NCBI GenBank assembly: GCA_027925325.1
Contig: AP027133.1
Coordinates: 510,001 to 542,000, forward strand
Length of the DNA: 32,000 nucleotides
From: Candidatus Saccharimonadota bacterium
GTDB lineage: Bacteria; Bacillota_I; Bacilli_A; Mycoplasmatales; Hepatoplasmataceae
Reading direction: 5' to 3'
Positions 1 through 9,532 of the stretch are shown here, piece by piece (the first letter of the stretch is position 1; every line of letters starts with the position of its first letter). The notes beneath the pieces were generated by a model. It did no database searches. It was given only the letters and a program-made list of their open reading frames with translations, and was not told where the DNA came from. The position numbers and the translations under genes are program-made.

Positions 1-326
1 CGTATAATTGCCCCTAAATTTTGTGGATCTTGTATTCGATCTAAAAATAGCAAAATTGATTTTTGCTTATTTTCAATTTTTTTAAGCAATTGATCTAATG
101 TAAGTTTATCTGGTAGATCAATTTCAGCAATGATGTTTTGAAAATTATTTACATTTGGAAATTTTTTTCTTCAATAATGAAAATCAAATTCAAGCACATT
201 TATTTTCGCATTTTTTAAGATTTGATAAAAAGAAAAATGTTTACTTTTATCTAAATAAACTTTCTTAATTAAATCTCTTCTTTTAGTAAAAATTTCCTTT
301 ACGGAATTTATTCCATATATTTGCAT
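1..326 (-). CDS. rlmB: TrmH/SpoU-family rRNA 2'-O-methyltransferase (RlmB-like), N-terminal part; the 3' end lies outside the window
   Basis: Hand translation from the ATG at 326 gives MQIYGINSVKEIF...LLFLDRIQDPQNLGAIIR. The DxxQDPxNLGAIIR motif is the SpoU methylase motif. It contains one in-frame TGA. Its position just downstream of cysS matches the Firmicute cysS-rlmB neighbourhood. Confidence 0.72.
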
Positions 327-330
327 AACA

Positions 331-1497
331 CTATTTTTTCATTAAATATTTTAAATTAAATCCAAGAATCTCTAAATTAAAAATTAATTTTTGATATTCG
401 ATTTCATCAAATTTTTTATTAATCTTTTTTAATTGCAACATCAAATACGAAATTGCATTTGGTGTATTTAAATTATTTTCCAAAATTTTAATGAAATCTT
501 GATCTATTAAGGATTTTGCGCTTTTATTATTGAAAATTTTATTGATTTTTATCAAAAAATTAGATATTTTTGCTATCTGAATTTTTGCATTATTAATAAC
601 ATTTTCATTAATATTAATTGGTTTCTGATAATAACTTAATAAAAAAAGCATTCTCAAAGTATTTGGAGAATAAGCTTTTAAAAAATCCTTTGCATAAATA
701 ATATTATTTAAAGATTTCGACATCTTTTTATTATTAAAATTTATATGTCCGACATATAACCAACTTTTTGCCAATTGATTTTTATGGATTGCTTCATATT
801 GCGCCATTTCATTAATATGATGTGGGAAATATAAGTCAATTCCTCCGCCATGAATATCAATTCCATTATTACCAAAATATTTTTCGATAAGATAAGAACA
901 TTCAGTATGTCAACCCGGTCTGCCTTTACCTCAAGGTGAATCGAATTTTATACCTGCTGTTGTTGTTTTTCAAAGAGCAAAATCATTTTGATTATTCTTA
1001 GAAATAATTTTGCTTTGTTTATTTATTAATTCACCCATATCTATATTAAGTTTTGAATTATAATTTTCTCATTTATTTATTGAAAAATAAACACCTTCAT
1101 TAGTTTGATATGCATAATTTAAGTCAAGTAATTTTTTAATAAAATTTATCATTCCAGTTATGTTATCGGACACCTTTGGAAGATAGGTCGGTTTGATAAT
1201 ATTTAATTTTTTTAGAAGAAGTAGATAATTTATTAAATATTTTTCTGAAATTAATTTTTCAGTTTTATTTTGTTTTAAAGCTTGATCAATTATCTTATCA
1301 TCAATATCTGTAATATTATGTACGTAAATAACTTCTTGTTTGTTTACTTTTGCAAGACGATGCAAAACATCAAAAACAACCACTGCACGAAAATTACCAA
1401 TATGAGGATAATCATAAACGGTTGGTCCACAAAGATAAATATTAAGTTTCCCTTTAAATTCTTGTTTTTGTTTTGTATAAAAATCTATTAAAAACAT
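331..1497 (-). CDS. cysS: Cysteinyl-tRNA synthetase (388 aa)
   Basis: ORF fragments 331-807 and 1069-1497 share one frame. I translated the gap, and it contains only TGA codons. Motifs seen: CGPTVYDYPHIGN (HIGH), GWHTECS, IHGGGIDLYFPHH and KMSKS. Confidence 0.93.
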
Positions 1498-1627
1498 ATT
1501 GATAAAATTATAATAAATAATTTAAATAAAAGTAGATAGGATTTAAATCCTATCTATTTAATCATAAATGCACACTTAGGGATTTATGTATCAAAATATT
1601 TAATGAAACTTGTTGCTCACTTGATAA

Positions 1628-1728
1628 TAAAAAAGAGCAACATTTATGCGAGATGCCAAGTATCTTAATTAAATAAGAAGTGCATAAATGCTGCTTTTTT
1701 TCTCTTATTTAATTTTGGATACAAGGCA
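1628..1728 (-). ncRNA. Candidate ~100-nt small RNA, copy A (promoter-like TTGAGA-N18-TATAAT, then a long hairpin terminator). Strand and existence are unproven.
   Basis: On the minus strand, TTGAGA lies at 1764-1759 and TATAAT at 1740-1735. The 14-bp stem pairs fully on the minus strand (one G-U), whereas the plus strand has an A-C mismatch. The stem is followed by CUUUUUUAUU. Confidence 0.3.
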
Positions 1729-1886
1729 ATATATATTATATCCATTTAACTTTTTAAGTCTCAAAAAATTTATCTTTAATAAAAAAGCAGATAGGCAAAA
1801 CCTATCTACTTCATCATTAAATGCACTTAGGGGATTAATATCTTTTAAATATTTAATGAAACTTAATGTCACTCTATTTATAAAAA

Positions 1887-1987
1887 TAAAAAAGAGCAAC
1901 ATTTATGCGAGACGCCAAGTATCTTAATTAAATAAGAAGTGCATAAATGCTGCTTTTTTTCTCTTATTTAATTTTGGATACAAGGCA
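1887..1987 (-). ncRNA. Candidate ~100-nt small RNA, copy B
   Basis: Same architecture as copy A: TTGAGA at 2024-2019, TATAAT at 1999-1994 (19-nt spacer), identical body and terminator. The spacer sequence differs from copy A while both hexamers are kept. Confidence 0.3.
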
Positions 1988-2162
1988 ATATATATTATAT
2001 CTATTACAAATTGTGATTTCTCAAAATTGTCTAATTTATTTTAAAAAGAAAATATTTATTTGTTTTGATATTTTTATAATTATTTTTAATTAGATAATTA
2101 TAAAAATAAATTTGATCAAGATAAAAATGATTTTTAATAAAGGGTTTATGATGAAAATTAAA

Positions 2163-2783
2163 TCATCTCTCTAAATAAGAAATTAAATCAGCAATTTCTA
2201 TTATTAAATAATGTTCTTCATCTTTTTTATCAATAAATTTAATGTTTTTTTGTAAAAATAATAAATTATTGTATTTAAGATTTAATTTAAATGAATTTAA
2301 AAGCTCATAGTCAAGGTATTGACCTCTTGTTTCAATAAAAATGTCACTATTTAATAAAAAACTATCAAAAAATAATTTATTAAAGAAAAATTTGATCGCA
2401 TTAAAATAAGGATCAATCGTTTTTTCTTTATATTTGTTGTAAAGTGAATCAATATCAATTTTTATTTGATATATTTTAAAATTTTGTGATTCTAATAAAT
2501 TTAGAAATTTGTAAATATAAAGTTGATAATTTTTATCATATCTTAACTTAAAATTAAAAAATTCGTAACTATGAAAAATAAATTTTTCACTCTTAAAATA
2601 TTGGATTTTAAATTGTTTAACCTTGAAATTAAGATAATCAAAAGTTTCTTTATTGAATAAAACGAGCGTGATAAAGTTTACTATTTCGTTTTTGTTAAAT
2701 TTTTTACTTAACTTTACTTTATAAATTTTTTGTAAATGATTACTTGTTATTCCAGATTCATCAATTCCAATGTAATATTTCAT
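2163..2783 (-). CDS. DUF3800-like hypothetical protein (206 aa)
   Basis: The start is taken at the internal ATG (2783), because the track ORF 2163-2882 runs into the tRNA. The N-terminus MKYYIGIDESG and the C-terminal IIEIADLISYL match my recollection of the DUF3800 pattern (xYxDESG ... ADLIxY). There is no other recognisable domain. Confidence 0.55.
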   Translation of the reverse strand: MKYYIGIDESGITSNHLQKIYKVKLSKKFNKNEIVNFITLVLFNKETFDYLNFKVKQFKIQYFKSEKFIFHSYEFFNFKLRYDKNYQLYIYKFLNLLESQNFKIYQIKIDIDSLYNKYKEKTIDPYFNAIKFFFNKLFFDSFLLNSDIFIETRGQYLDYELLNSFKLNLKYNNLLFLQKNIKFIDKKDEEHYLIIEIADLISYLER

Positions 2784-2848
2784 TACATTAAATTTATAAA
2801 GAAAATTATCTTTTTCAATTTTTTTTATAAATTTAACTGAAATAACAA

Positions 2849-2923
2849 TGGAGGCGCGAATCGGATTCGAACCGACGATCAAAGAGTTGCAGTCTTCTGC
2901 CTTACCAGCTTGGCTATCGCGCC
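2849..2923 (-). tRNA. tRNA-Cys (anticodon GCA), with encoded CCA
   Basis: The reverse complement reads GGCGCGATAGCCAAGCTGGTAAGGCAGAAGACTGCAACTCTTTGATCGTCGGTTCGAATCCGATTCGCGCCTCCA. It has a 7-bp acceptor stem, anticodon loop CTGCAAC, T-loop GGTTCGAATCC and a terminal CCA. Confidence 0.93.
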
Positions 2924-2972
2924 ATTAATAAATTATTAACGTCTTTTATATTATATCGTAAATTAAAATAAC

Positions 2973-2998
2973 AAAAAAGAACCTTAAAGGTTCTTTTC
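2973..2998 (-). terminator. Intrinsic terminator downstream of tuf
   Basis: Hairpin GAACC-loop-GGTTC is flanked by an A run and a T run. On the minus strand it is followed by UUUUUUGUUAUUUU. Confidence 0.6.
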
Positions 2999-3012
2999 AT
3001 TATTTAAAAAAT

Positions 3013-4200
3013 TTATTCTAAAATTTCAACTACTGTTCCTGCTCCAACAGTTCTTCCACCTTCACGAATTGAAAATTTTGTATTTTTTTCAATTGCAACT
3101 GGAGAAATAAGTTCGATTGTAAGTTCAGTATTATCACCAGGCATTACCATTTCTGTTCCTTTTGCTAAAGTAACAATTCCGGTAACATCCGTTGTTCTTA
3201 AATAGACTTGTGGACGATAATTTGTAAAAAATGGCGTATGTCTTCCACCCTCTTCTTTTTTAAGAGCATAAACTTGCGCTTTAAATCTCTTATGGGGAGT
3301 AATTGATCCAGGTTTACAAATAACTTGACCACGTTGAACATCTTTACGATCCACTCCTCGAAGTAATAATCCAACATTATCTCCTGCTTCTGCATAATCT
3401 AGAAGTTTTCTAAACATTTCGATTCCAGTTACGATTGTTTTTCTAATTTTTTTACTTAATCCAACAATTTCAACTTCAGAGCCTTCCTTGATTTCTCCTC
3501 GTTCAACTCTACCTGTTGCAACCGTTCCTCTTCCTGTAATTGTAAAGACATCTTCTATTGGTAATAAAAATGGTTTATCCTTTTCTCTTAATGGAATAGG
3601 AAAATATGAATCACATGTTTCGATAAGTTTTGCAATTGCTTCTTCATATTTTTTGTCACCCTCAAGAGCTTTCAATGCTGAACCATAAATAAATGGAGTT
3701 TCATCACCATTAAAACCATATTTTGATAATAATTCTCGAACTTCCATTTCCACAAGTTCGATCATCTCTTTATCATCAACCATATCAACTTTATTGATGA
3801 AAACAATTAATTTTTGAATTCCTACTTGTTTAGATAAAACAATATGTTCACGAGTTTGAGGCATCGGTCCATCGGTAGCTGAAACAACCAAAATTGCTCC
3901 ATCCATTTGCGCTGCTCCGGTAATCATATTTTTAACATAATCAGCATGTCCAGGTGCATCGATATGAGCGTAATGTCTTTTTTCAGTTTCATATTCTACA
4001 TGGGCTGTATTAATTGTAATTCCACGTTCTTTTTCTTCCGGTGCTGCATCAATTGCATCATAAGACATCTTTTTCGCAAATCCTTTTTTTGAAAGGTAAC
4101 TTGTAATTGCTGCAGTTAATGTTGTTTTACCATGATCAACGTGTCCAATTGTTCCTATATTAATATGTTCTTTTGAACGATCAAATTTTTCTTTTGCCAT
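3013..4200 (-). CDS. tuf: Elongation factor Tu (395 aa)
   Basis: [33 protein letters not shown]..., DAPGHADY and NKVD motifs are present. The start is moved to the ATG at 4200, because the track ORF begins 3 codons upstream. Confidence 0.97.
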   Translation of the reverse strand: MAKEKFDRSKEHINIGTIGHVDHGKTTLTAAITSYLSKKGFAKKMSYDAIDAAPEEKERGITINTAHVEYETEKRHYAHIDAPGHADYVKNMITGAAQMDGAILVVSATDGPMPQTREHIVLSKQVGIQKLIVFINKVDMVDDKEMIELVEMEVRELLSKYGFNGDETPFIYGSALKALEGDKKYEEAIAKLIETCDSYFPIPLREKDKPFLLPIEDVFTITGRGTVATGRVERGEIKEGSEVEIVGLSKKIRKTIVTGIEMFRKLLDYAEAGDNVGLLLRGVDRKDVQRGQVICKPGSITPHKRFKAQVYALKKEEGGRHTPFFTNYRPQVYLRTTDVTGIVTLAKGTEMVMPGDNTELTIELISPVAIEKNTKFSIREGGRTVGAGTVVEILE

Positions 4201-4331
4201 TTTTCTCACTTTCTTTAAAATAACGCTAGTTTTAATAAATTAAATTATTAATTAAAATACAATGACATATATTATATATTATCACAAATATTATTAATAA
4301 ATACAAATATGAAATTGTTAATTAATTATAA

Positions 4332-4544
4332 TTAATTAACTTGTCGAACTTCAAATTCCCCCATAAAATGATTTTGAAGTTCTTTTTCAATTTTAGTTAA
4401 ACTGACATTTCCTAAATATCTTAATGTATTACCACCCTTAAAAATAACTTGAATATCATCTTTATTTTTATGTAAGAGATAATCTTCGATATCATTTGAT
4501 GATATTTGAATTTCTGGATTTCAACGAATTTGAAATTTTGCCAT
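4332..4544 (-). CDS. Hypothetical small protein (70 aa)
   Basis: Hand translation gives MAKFQIRWNPEIQISSNDIEDYLLHKNKDDIQVIFKGGNTLRYLGNVSLTKIEKELQNHFMGEFEVRQVN. It has one TGA codon, so it is absent from the standard-code track. It fills the tuf-trmB gap on the same strand. I do not recognise the family. Confidence 0.5.
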
Positions 4545-4590
4545 TATTAATTCCTTTCTCTTTCGATAATAAATTTTTTACTTTAAAAAT

Positions 4591-5235
4591 TTATAATTTA
4601 TTCTTAGAAATTTCAAGATAATAAATTGGTTTTTCAAGATCAAGAAACTTTTCTTCATATTCTGTCTTTATAATCTTCTCATCTGTTAACTGATGTAAAT
4701 CGACTGTTTTTTCAGAAATAAAGAATTTTTGCTTTAATTCTTTTGTTTTTAAATTGATTAAAACATAATCAAATAGTTCTCTTTGATCGGTTTTAATGAA
4801 TATTCTTCCTTCTTCTTCCAAAATTTGATAGTAATAAAGTAATAATTCTTTTGTCAGTAATCTTCTTTTATAATGTTTCTTTTTTGGTCAAGGATCAGGG
4901 AAATTAATAAAAATTTTTTCAATTGAAGAATCAGTGAATCAATTTTTTAAATTATTAATGTCAGCAAGAATAAATCTTACATTTGTTAATTCTAATTTTT
5001 CAACTTTTTTTACTGCTTTTTCTTGAATTGTTGCAATTTTTTCAATTCCTATTAATTTAGCATCAAGATTGTTAAGAGCAAGTTTGCTAATAAATTTTCC
5101 TTTTCCATGTCCAATTTCAAGTCAAATTTTATTACTTTTCTTAGTAAAATCTTGATATTTATCTTTTGTGTTCAAAAAATAAATAGAATTTTGCAAATAA
5201 TCCTTTGCTTCTTTTTTTATCCTTACTCTTCCCAT
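4591..5235 (-). CDS. trmB: tRNA (guanine-N7)-methyltransferase (214 aa)
   Basis: Code-4 translation gives MGRVRIKKEAKDYL...LEIGHGKGKFI...FINFPDPWPKKKHYKRRLL.... These are the SAM-binding and PDPWxKxxHxKRR motifs of TrmB. Confidence 0.88.
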
Positions 5236-5270
5236 AACTAAATTTTATCTTTTTTTCGATTCTTAAAGTA

Positions 5271-5297
5271 AAAAAGTGGTTTTTAGACCACTTTTTT
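5271..5297. terminator. Strong bidirectional hairpin between uvrA and trmB
   Basis: AAAAAGTGGT-TTTTAG-ACCACTTTTTT has a perfect stem with an A tract and a T tract. Confidence 0.65.
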
Positions 5298-5392
5298 AAA
5301 TAAAGAATTCTTTATATACACCCCTTTTTTTCTTCCGTTCTTCATCAAAAAATAGGGTTTATCTTTCACAATTAGTTATTATAGCACGATAT

Positions 5393-8212
5393 TTATTTTA
5401 AAATATATCTTAAATATTTTCCCGTAGCTGAAATTTTGCTATTTATAATCTCTTCCGGTGTCCCTTTTGCAATCACTTTTCCGCCCCCACTTCCTCCTTC
5501 AGGACCCATATCAATAATATAATCTGCGACCTTAATTACATCTAAATTATGTTCAATAATAAGAATTGAATCACCTTGATCGACAATTCTATTTAAAATT
5601 ATTAATAATTTTTTAATATCATGATGATGTAAACCTGTTGTCGGTTCATCAAGAATGTATAAAGTTTTACCGGTAGCTTTTTTTTGTAAATGTGTTGCTA
5701 ATTTAACACGTTGTGCTTCCCCACCTGAAAGAAGAGTAGAAGAATGGCCTAATTTAATATAATCAAGACCGACATCCCTTAAATAACTTAATTTACGACT
5801 AATTTTTGGTTGATTTTTAAAAAATTGATTCGCTTCTTCTACCGACATCTCTAAAATATCAGCGATATTTTTATCTTTAAAATGAATTTGTAAAGTCTCT
5901 TCATTATATCTTTTACCATTACATTCATCACATTTTACATATACATCAGGAAGAAAATGCATCGGAATTCGTAAAATACCATCACCTTGACATTTTTCGC
6001 ATCTTCCACCTTTAACATTAAAAGAAAATCTTCCCGGACTAAATCCTTTTACTTTTGCATCATTTGTATTTGCAAATAATTCCCGGATATCACCAAATAC
6101 ACTTGTATAAGTTACCGGATTTGAACGTGGTGTTTTACCGATTGGATCTTGTGAAATTCGTACAATTTTATCGATGTTTTCAATTCCCTTAATCGAACTA
6201 TATTCTCCCGGAAGATCAAAATGATTTCCATGCGTAATTAAATTATGAATTCCCTTATAAATAATTTCATTTACAAGTGTTGATTTTCCTGAACCAGAAA
6301 CACCGGAAACAACGACAAATTGTTTTAGTGGAATTTTAACATTAATATTTTTTAAATTATTTGCTTTTGCACCGTAAATTTCAAGATAATTTTGTTCTTT
6401 GATTTTTCTTCGTTTTGTTGGAATTGCAATCTGATCTTTTCCTGCTAAAAAATTACCGGTATGAGTATTCTTTTTCGCTATTTCCATCGGTGTTCCATAT
6501 GCGACAACTTTTCCACCATAAATTCCAGCATCAGGACCGATATCTACTAAATAATCTGATTCAAGCATCATTTCTTCATCATGTTCAACTACTAAAACAG
6601 TATTTCCTAGATCACGAATCTCTTTTAAAGTATTTATAAGTCTTTCATTATCTCTTTGATGTAAACCAATTGAAGGTTCATCTAGCACATAAATAACACC
6701 GGTTAATTTAGATCCTAATTGAGAGGCCAATCTTATTCGTTGACTCTCTCCTCCGGAAAGAGTATTAGCCATTCGATTTAATGTAAGATAACCTAAACCA
6801 ACATTTATTAAGAAATTAAATCGAGATTTAATTTCACTTATTACTAAATTAACAATTTTTAATTCTTGTTCTGTTAATTTAAGTTCGCTAATTCATTTAT
6901 TTGCTTCTTCAATAGAAAATGCTGTAAGATCAAAAATATTCTTATCGGCAATTTTGACAGCAAGAACATGTTGATTAAGTCTTGCACCATTACATTTATC
7001 ACAAACACTTGTTGCAAAAAATTGCTTATAATAATTTCTTGCAAAATCAGAACTAGTTTCAAGATTTAATCTTTCAATCATTTTCGCCAATCCTTCTATA
7101 TAATCATATTTACGAGTTACATGTGATTTAGAAGTAATCTTATATGAAATTGGCTTATCTGAACCATTTAAAATTATTTTCTGCTCTGCTTCAGTAAAGT
7201 ATTTTAATTTTTTAGTAAGTGAAATATCATATTCTTTAAATAAATGAGCAAATTTTTCTCATGTAAAACCACTAAGTTTATCACCAAAATATTTAATTCC
7301 ACCCTCAAGAATAGTCTTTTCTGGATCAATCATTTTTTCTCAAGTAACTTGTTGAATAAATCCTAATCCATTACACTTATCACACGCCCCTAAAGGAGAG
7401 TTAAATGAAAACAATTTTGGTTCAATTTTTGGCATCGAAAAATCGCCATGTTTACAACCTAATTTAAGCGAAAATAATTCCTCTGTTTTCGATGTTAAAT
7501 TTTCAACGCTTACCATTCCATCACTATATTTTGTTGCAAGCGTTAAGCTCTCATAAATTCTTGATCGATTTTCTAAATTTAAAATAACTCGATCAATTAA
7601 AATATCAATCGTATATTTTTTATGAGGATCTAATTCTGTTGTTTGATCTAAATGAAAAATCTTATCATTTACTCTTATTCTTAAAAAACCTTCTTTTTTA
7701 AGCTCTGCTAATTCTTTTTTAAATGTTCCTTTTTTATCAGAAAATAAGGGTGCAAAAATCTGTAATTTAGAATTTTCTTTTCAATTATAAATTTGATTAA
7801 TAATCTGTGTAATTGTTTGAGAAGAAATTTTTATATTATGATTTGGACAATAAGGAATCCCTATTCTTGCAAATAGTAGACGATAGAAATCATAAATCTC
7901 TGTAATTGTTCCTACAGTTGATCTTGGGTTATTAGAAGTTGTTTTTTGATCAATTGCAATTGCCGGTGATAATCCTTCGATTGAATCGACTGCCGGTTTT
8001 GCTGTTCCGCCTAAAAATTGTCTTGCATAATTTGATAGTGAATCGACATATCTTCTTCTTCCTTCATTATAAATGACATCAAAAGCAAGCGAAGATTTAC
8101 CCGAACCAGAAACACCCGTAATTATTACTAATTTATTTTTTGGCAACTCTAAATTGATATTTTTTAAATTATTTTCTTGTGCATTTTTAATTATTATTTT
8201 ATCGTTTATCAT
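5393..8212 (-). CDS. uvrA: Excinuclease ABC subunit A (939 aa)
   Basis: Fragments 5393-6772, 6893-7090 and 7781-8212 are all in one frame. Motifs seen: N-terminal [13 protein letters not shown], a second [15 protein letters not shown] signatures and Cys-x2-Cys zinc modules. Confidence 0.96.
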
Positions 8213-8297
8213 AATCTTTTATTATAATTATTTTAATGTGGGTATGTAAATTATATTCCTAAATTAGTAATATAAAAAGAAAGTTAATTAAGGTTGC

Positions 8298-9380
8298 ATG
8301 GAAAGTGAAATATCCAAAAGCACTGATAATCAAAAGTATTTAATTCCTATTGATAATGAAAATGAATTAAAGGAAGATGAAGATGAAGCATTTAAAAAAA
8401 TGTTTATTTTTTTAAATGCTAATTATAAAAATTTATATAAAGAGAATTTAAAATTAATTGAATTTTTTAAAAAAAATATTAAATGTTCAATTCTAGATGA
8501 ATTTAATTCTAATACAATAATAAATTATTCAAATTGAGTTTCATATAAAGAGTTATCTGAAATTATTTGTTCAATTAAAAAAGCTAATATTGATATCAAT
8601 GACTTAATAATTGTTTTTGATAAATTTGCTAAATTTATTGATTATTATTCAAAAAAAAATAGCCCCAAGTATTTTGATATTAATAGAACAACTGAAATTA
8701 TTAATTTAATAAAAAATTTTAGTATTATAAATGACCAAATTTCTTCTAATTTATATAAATATATTAATTATTATGAAAAAAAAATTTCTCATTTAATTTT
8801 AGAAAAATCTATTAAAGATAATATAAATATAAGCGAATTAAAATTACGAGAAAACAAAAAGAAAGAGAAGCAAAAAGATTTTGATAAAACTATCAATTTA
8901 ATAATTAAGGATAAAAAAATTAGTAAAAAGGATAATTTTGAAAAAAATTTAGTAATAATTAAAAATCTTTCTTTTTATTATAAAAATGAAATATTAAAAT
9001 CAATGTGATATCATAAATTAATAACATTAGATGAATTAATTAATTGTGAATTTATCGCTAAATCCAAAAAAGAACAATTAGAAATAAATTTTAAAAAAAC
9101 AAAACAAAATTTAAAAGAAGAAAATCATATCTTTAATTTTATTTTCGCAAAATTAGAAAGTACAAGAAAATATCGTAATAAAATTTCTCATTTAGAAAAT
9201 TTAATTATTTCTAAAAAATCAGCAAATAATTTATATGATTATTTAGAAAAACAAGAAGATTTGATGAGAAATGGAGTTAGTAAAAGTATTTTATTTAAAA
9301 TAAAATCTATTTTTTTAGAAAATGAGTTTATAAGAAATAATCAATTTACAAAAAAATATTATCAAAAATTTTTAGAATAA
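8298..9380 (+). CDS. Hypothetical protein (360 aa) with a C-terminal Rx4H motif; possible HEPN / AbiD-AbiF-like
   Basis: The frame from the ATG at 8298 continues through two TGA codons to TAA at 9378-9380. It is Lys/Asn-rich. The motif STRKYRNKISHLENLI (RNKISH at 9174-9191) fits the HEPN R-[N/H/D]-x3-H signature and the RNxxxH box I recall from Abi_2 proteins. The domain call is tentative. Confidence 0.55.
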
Positions 9381-9490
9381 AAATGGATCAATCTATAGGA
9401 CGATTTATTTATAAACTATGATTTATTGTATCTTAAATATAAAATATATGTAACAATTGAAAATTTCTCATTTTTGATAAATATGCAAGC

Positions 9491-9517
9491 AAAAAGAGAG
9501 CACAAATGCTCTCTTTT
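9491..9517. terminator. Bidirectional terminator between convergent genes
   Basis: AAAAA-GAGAGCA-CAAA-TGCTCTC-TTTT lies between the plus-strand gene ending at 9380 and the minus-strand micro-ORF ending at 9533. Confidence 0.6.
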
Positions 9518-9532
9518 ATTTTATTTTAAAAT

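Larger units (their letters stand above)
1528..2001. repeat. Tandem direct repeat of two units with a 259-bp period. Each unit has a diverged arm and a 117-nt near-identical core (1626-1742 and 1885-2001).
   Basis: The cores differ at one position (t at 1654, c at 1913). Each core holds a 14-bp hairpin (arms 1636-1649/1682-1695 and 1895-1908/1941-1954) flanked by A and T runs. The diverged arms keep a hairpin, AGATAGG-loop-CCTATCT, at 1534-1555 and at about 1790-1808. Confidence 0.92.

Noticed and set aside
1498-1760. A T-box leader upstream of cysS on the minus strand.
   Set aside because: There are long hairpins, but I could not find the conserved T-box sequence (GGUGGUACCGCG-like), an AGAGA/AGUA Stem I apex, or a UGC/UGU specifier in the expected internal loop.
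1626-2001. The repeat core as SRP (4.5S) RNA or another known housekeeping RNA, or as a CRISPR array.
   Set aside because: There is no GNRA-capped domain IV motif (GGAA/AGCA symmetric loop) and no tRNA-like or RNase P features. There are only two copies of a 259-bp unit, with no short repeat-spacer organisation and no cas genes.
2127-2174. A 15-codon plus-strand mini-ORF (MIFNKGFMMKIKSSL) downstream of the repeat, a possible leader peptide or type I toxin.
   Set aside because: It is very short and has no hydrophobic toxin-like character. It overlaps the 3' end of the convergent DUF3800-like gene, and such ORFs are expected by chance in AT-rich DNA.
2784-2882. The N-terminal extension of track ORF 2163-2882 (MIVGSNPIRASIV...).
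   Set aside because: This part is the reverse-strand reading of tRNA-Cys (2849-2923). The real start is the ATG at 2783, giving MKYYIGIDESG.
5393-8212. uvrA, and likewise cysS, uvrB, metK, pyk, eno, argS and gltX, appears fragmented into several ORFs, suggesting pseudogenes.
   Set aside because: All fragments of each gene share one frame, and every interruption I checked is TGA. With code 4 they are intact, full-length genes.
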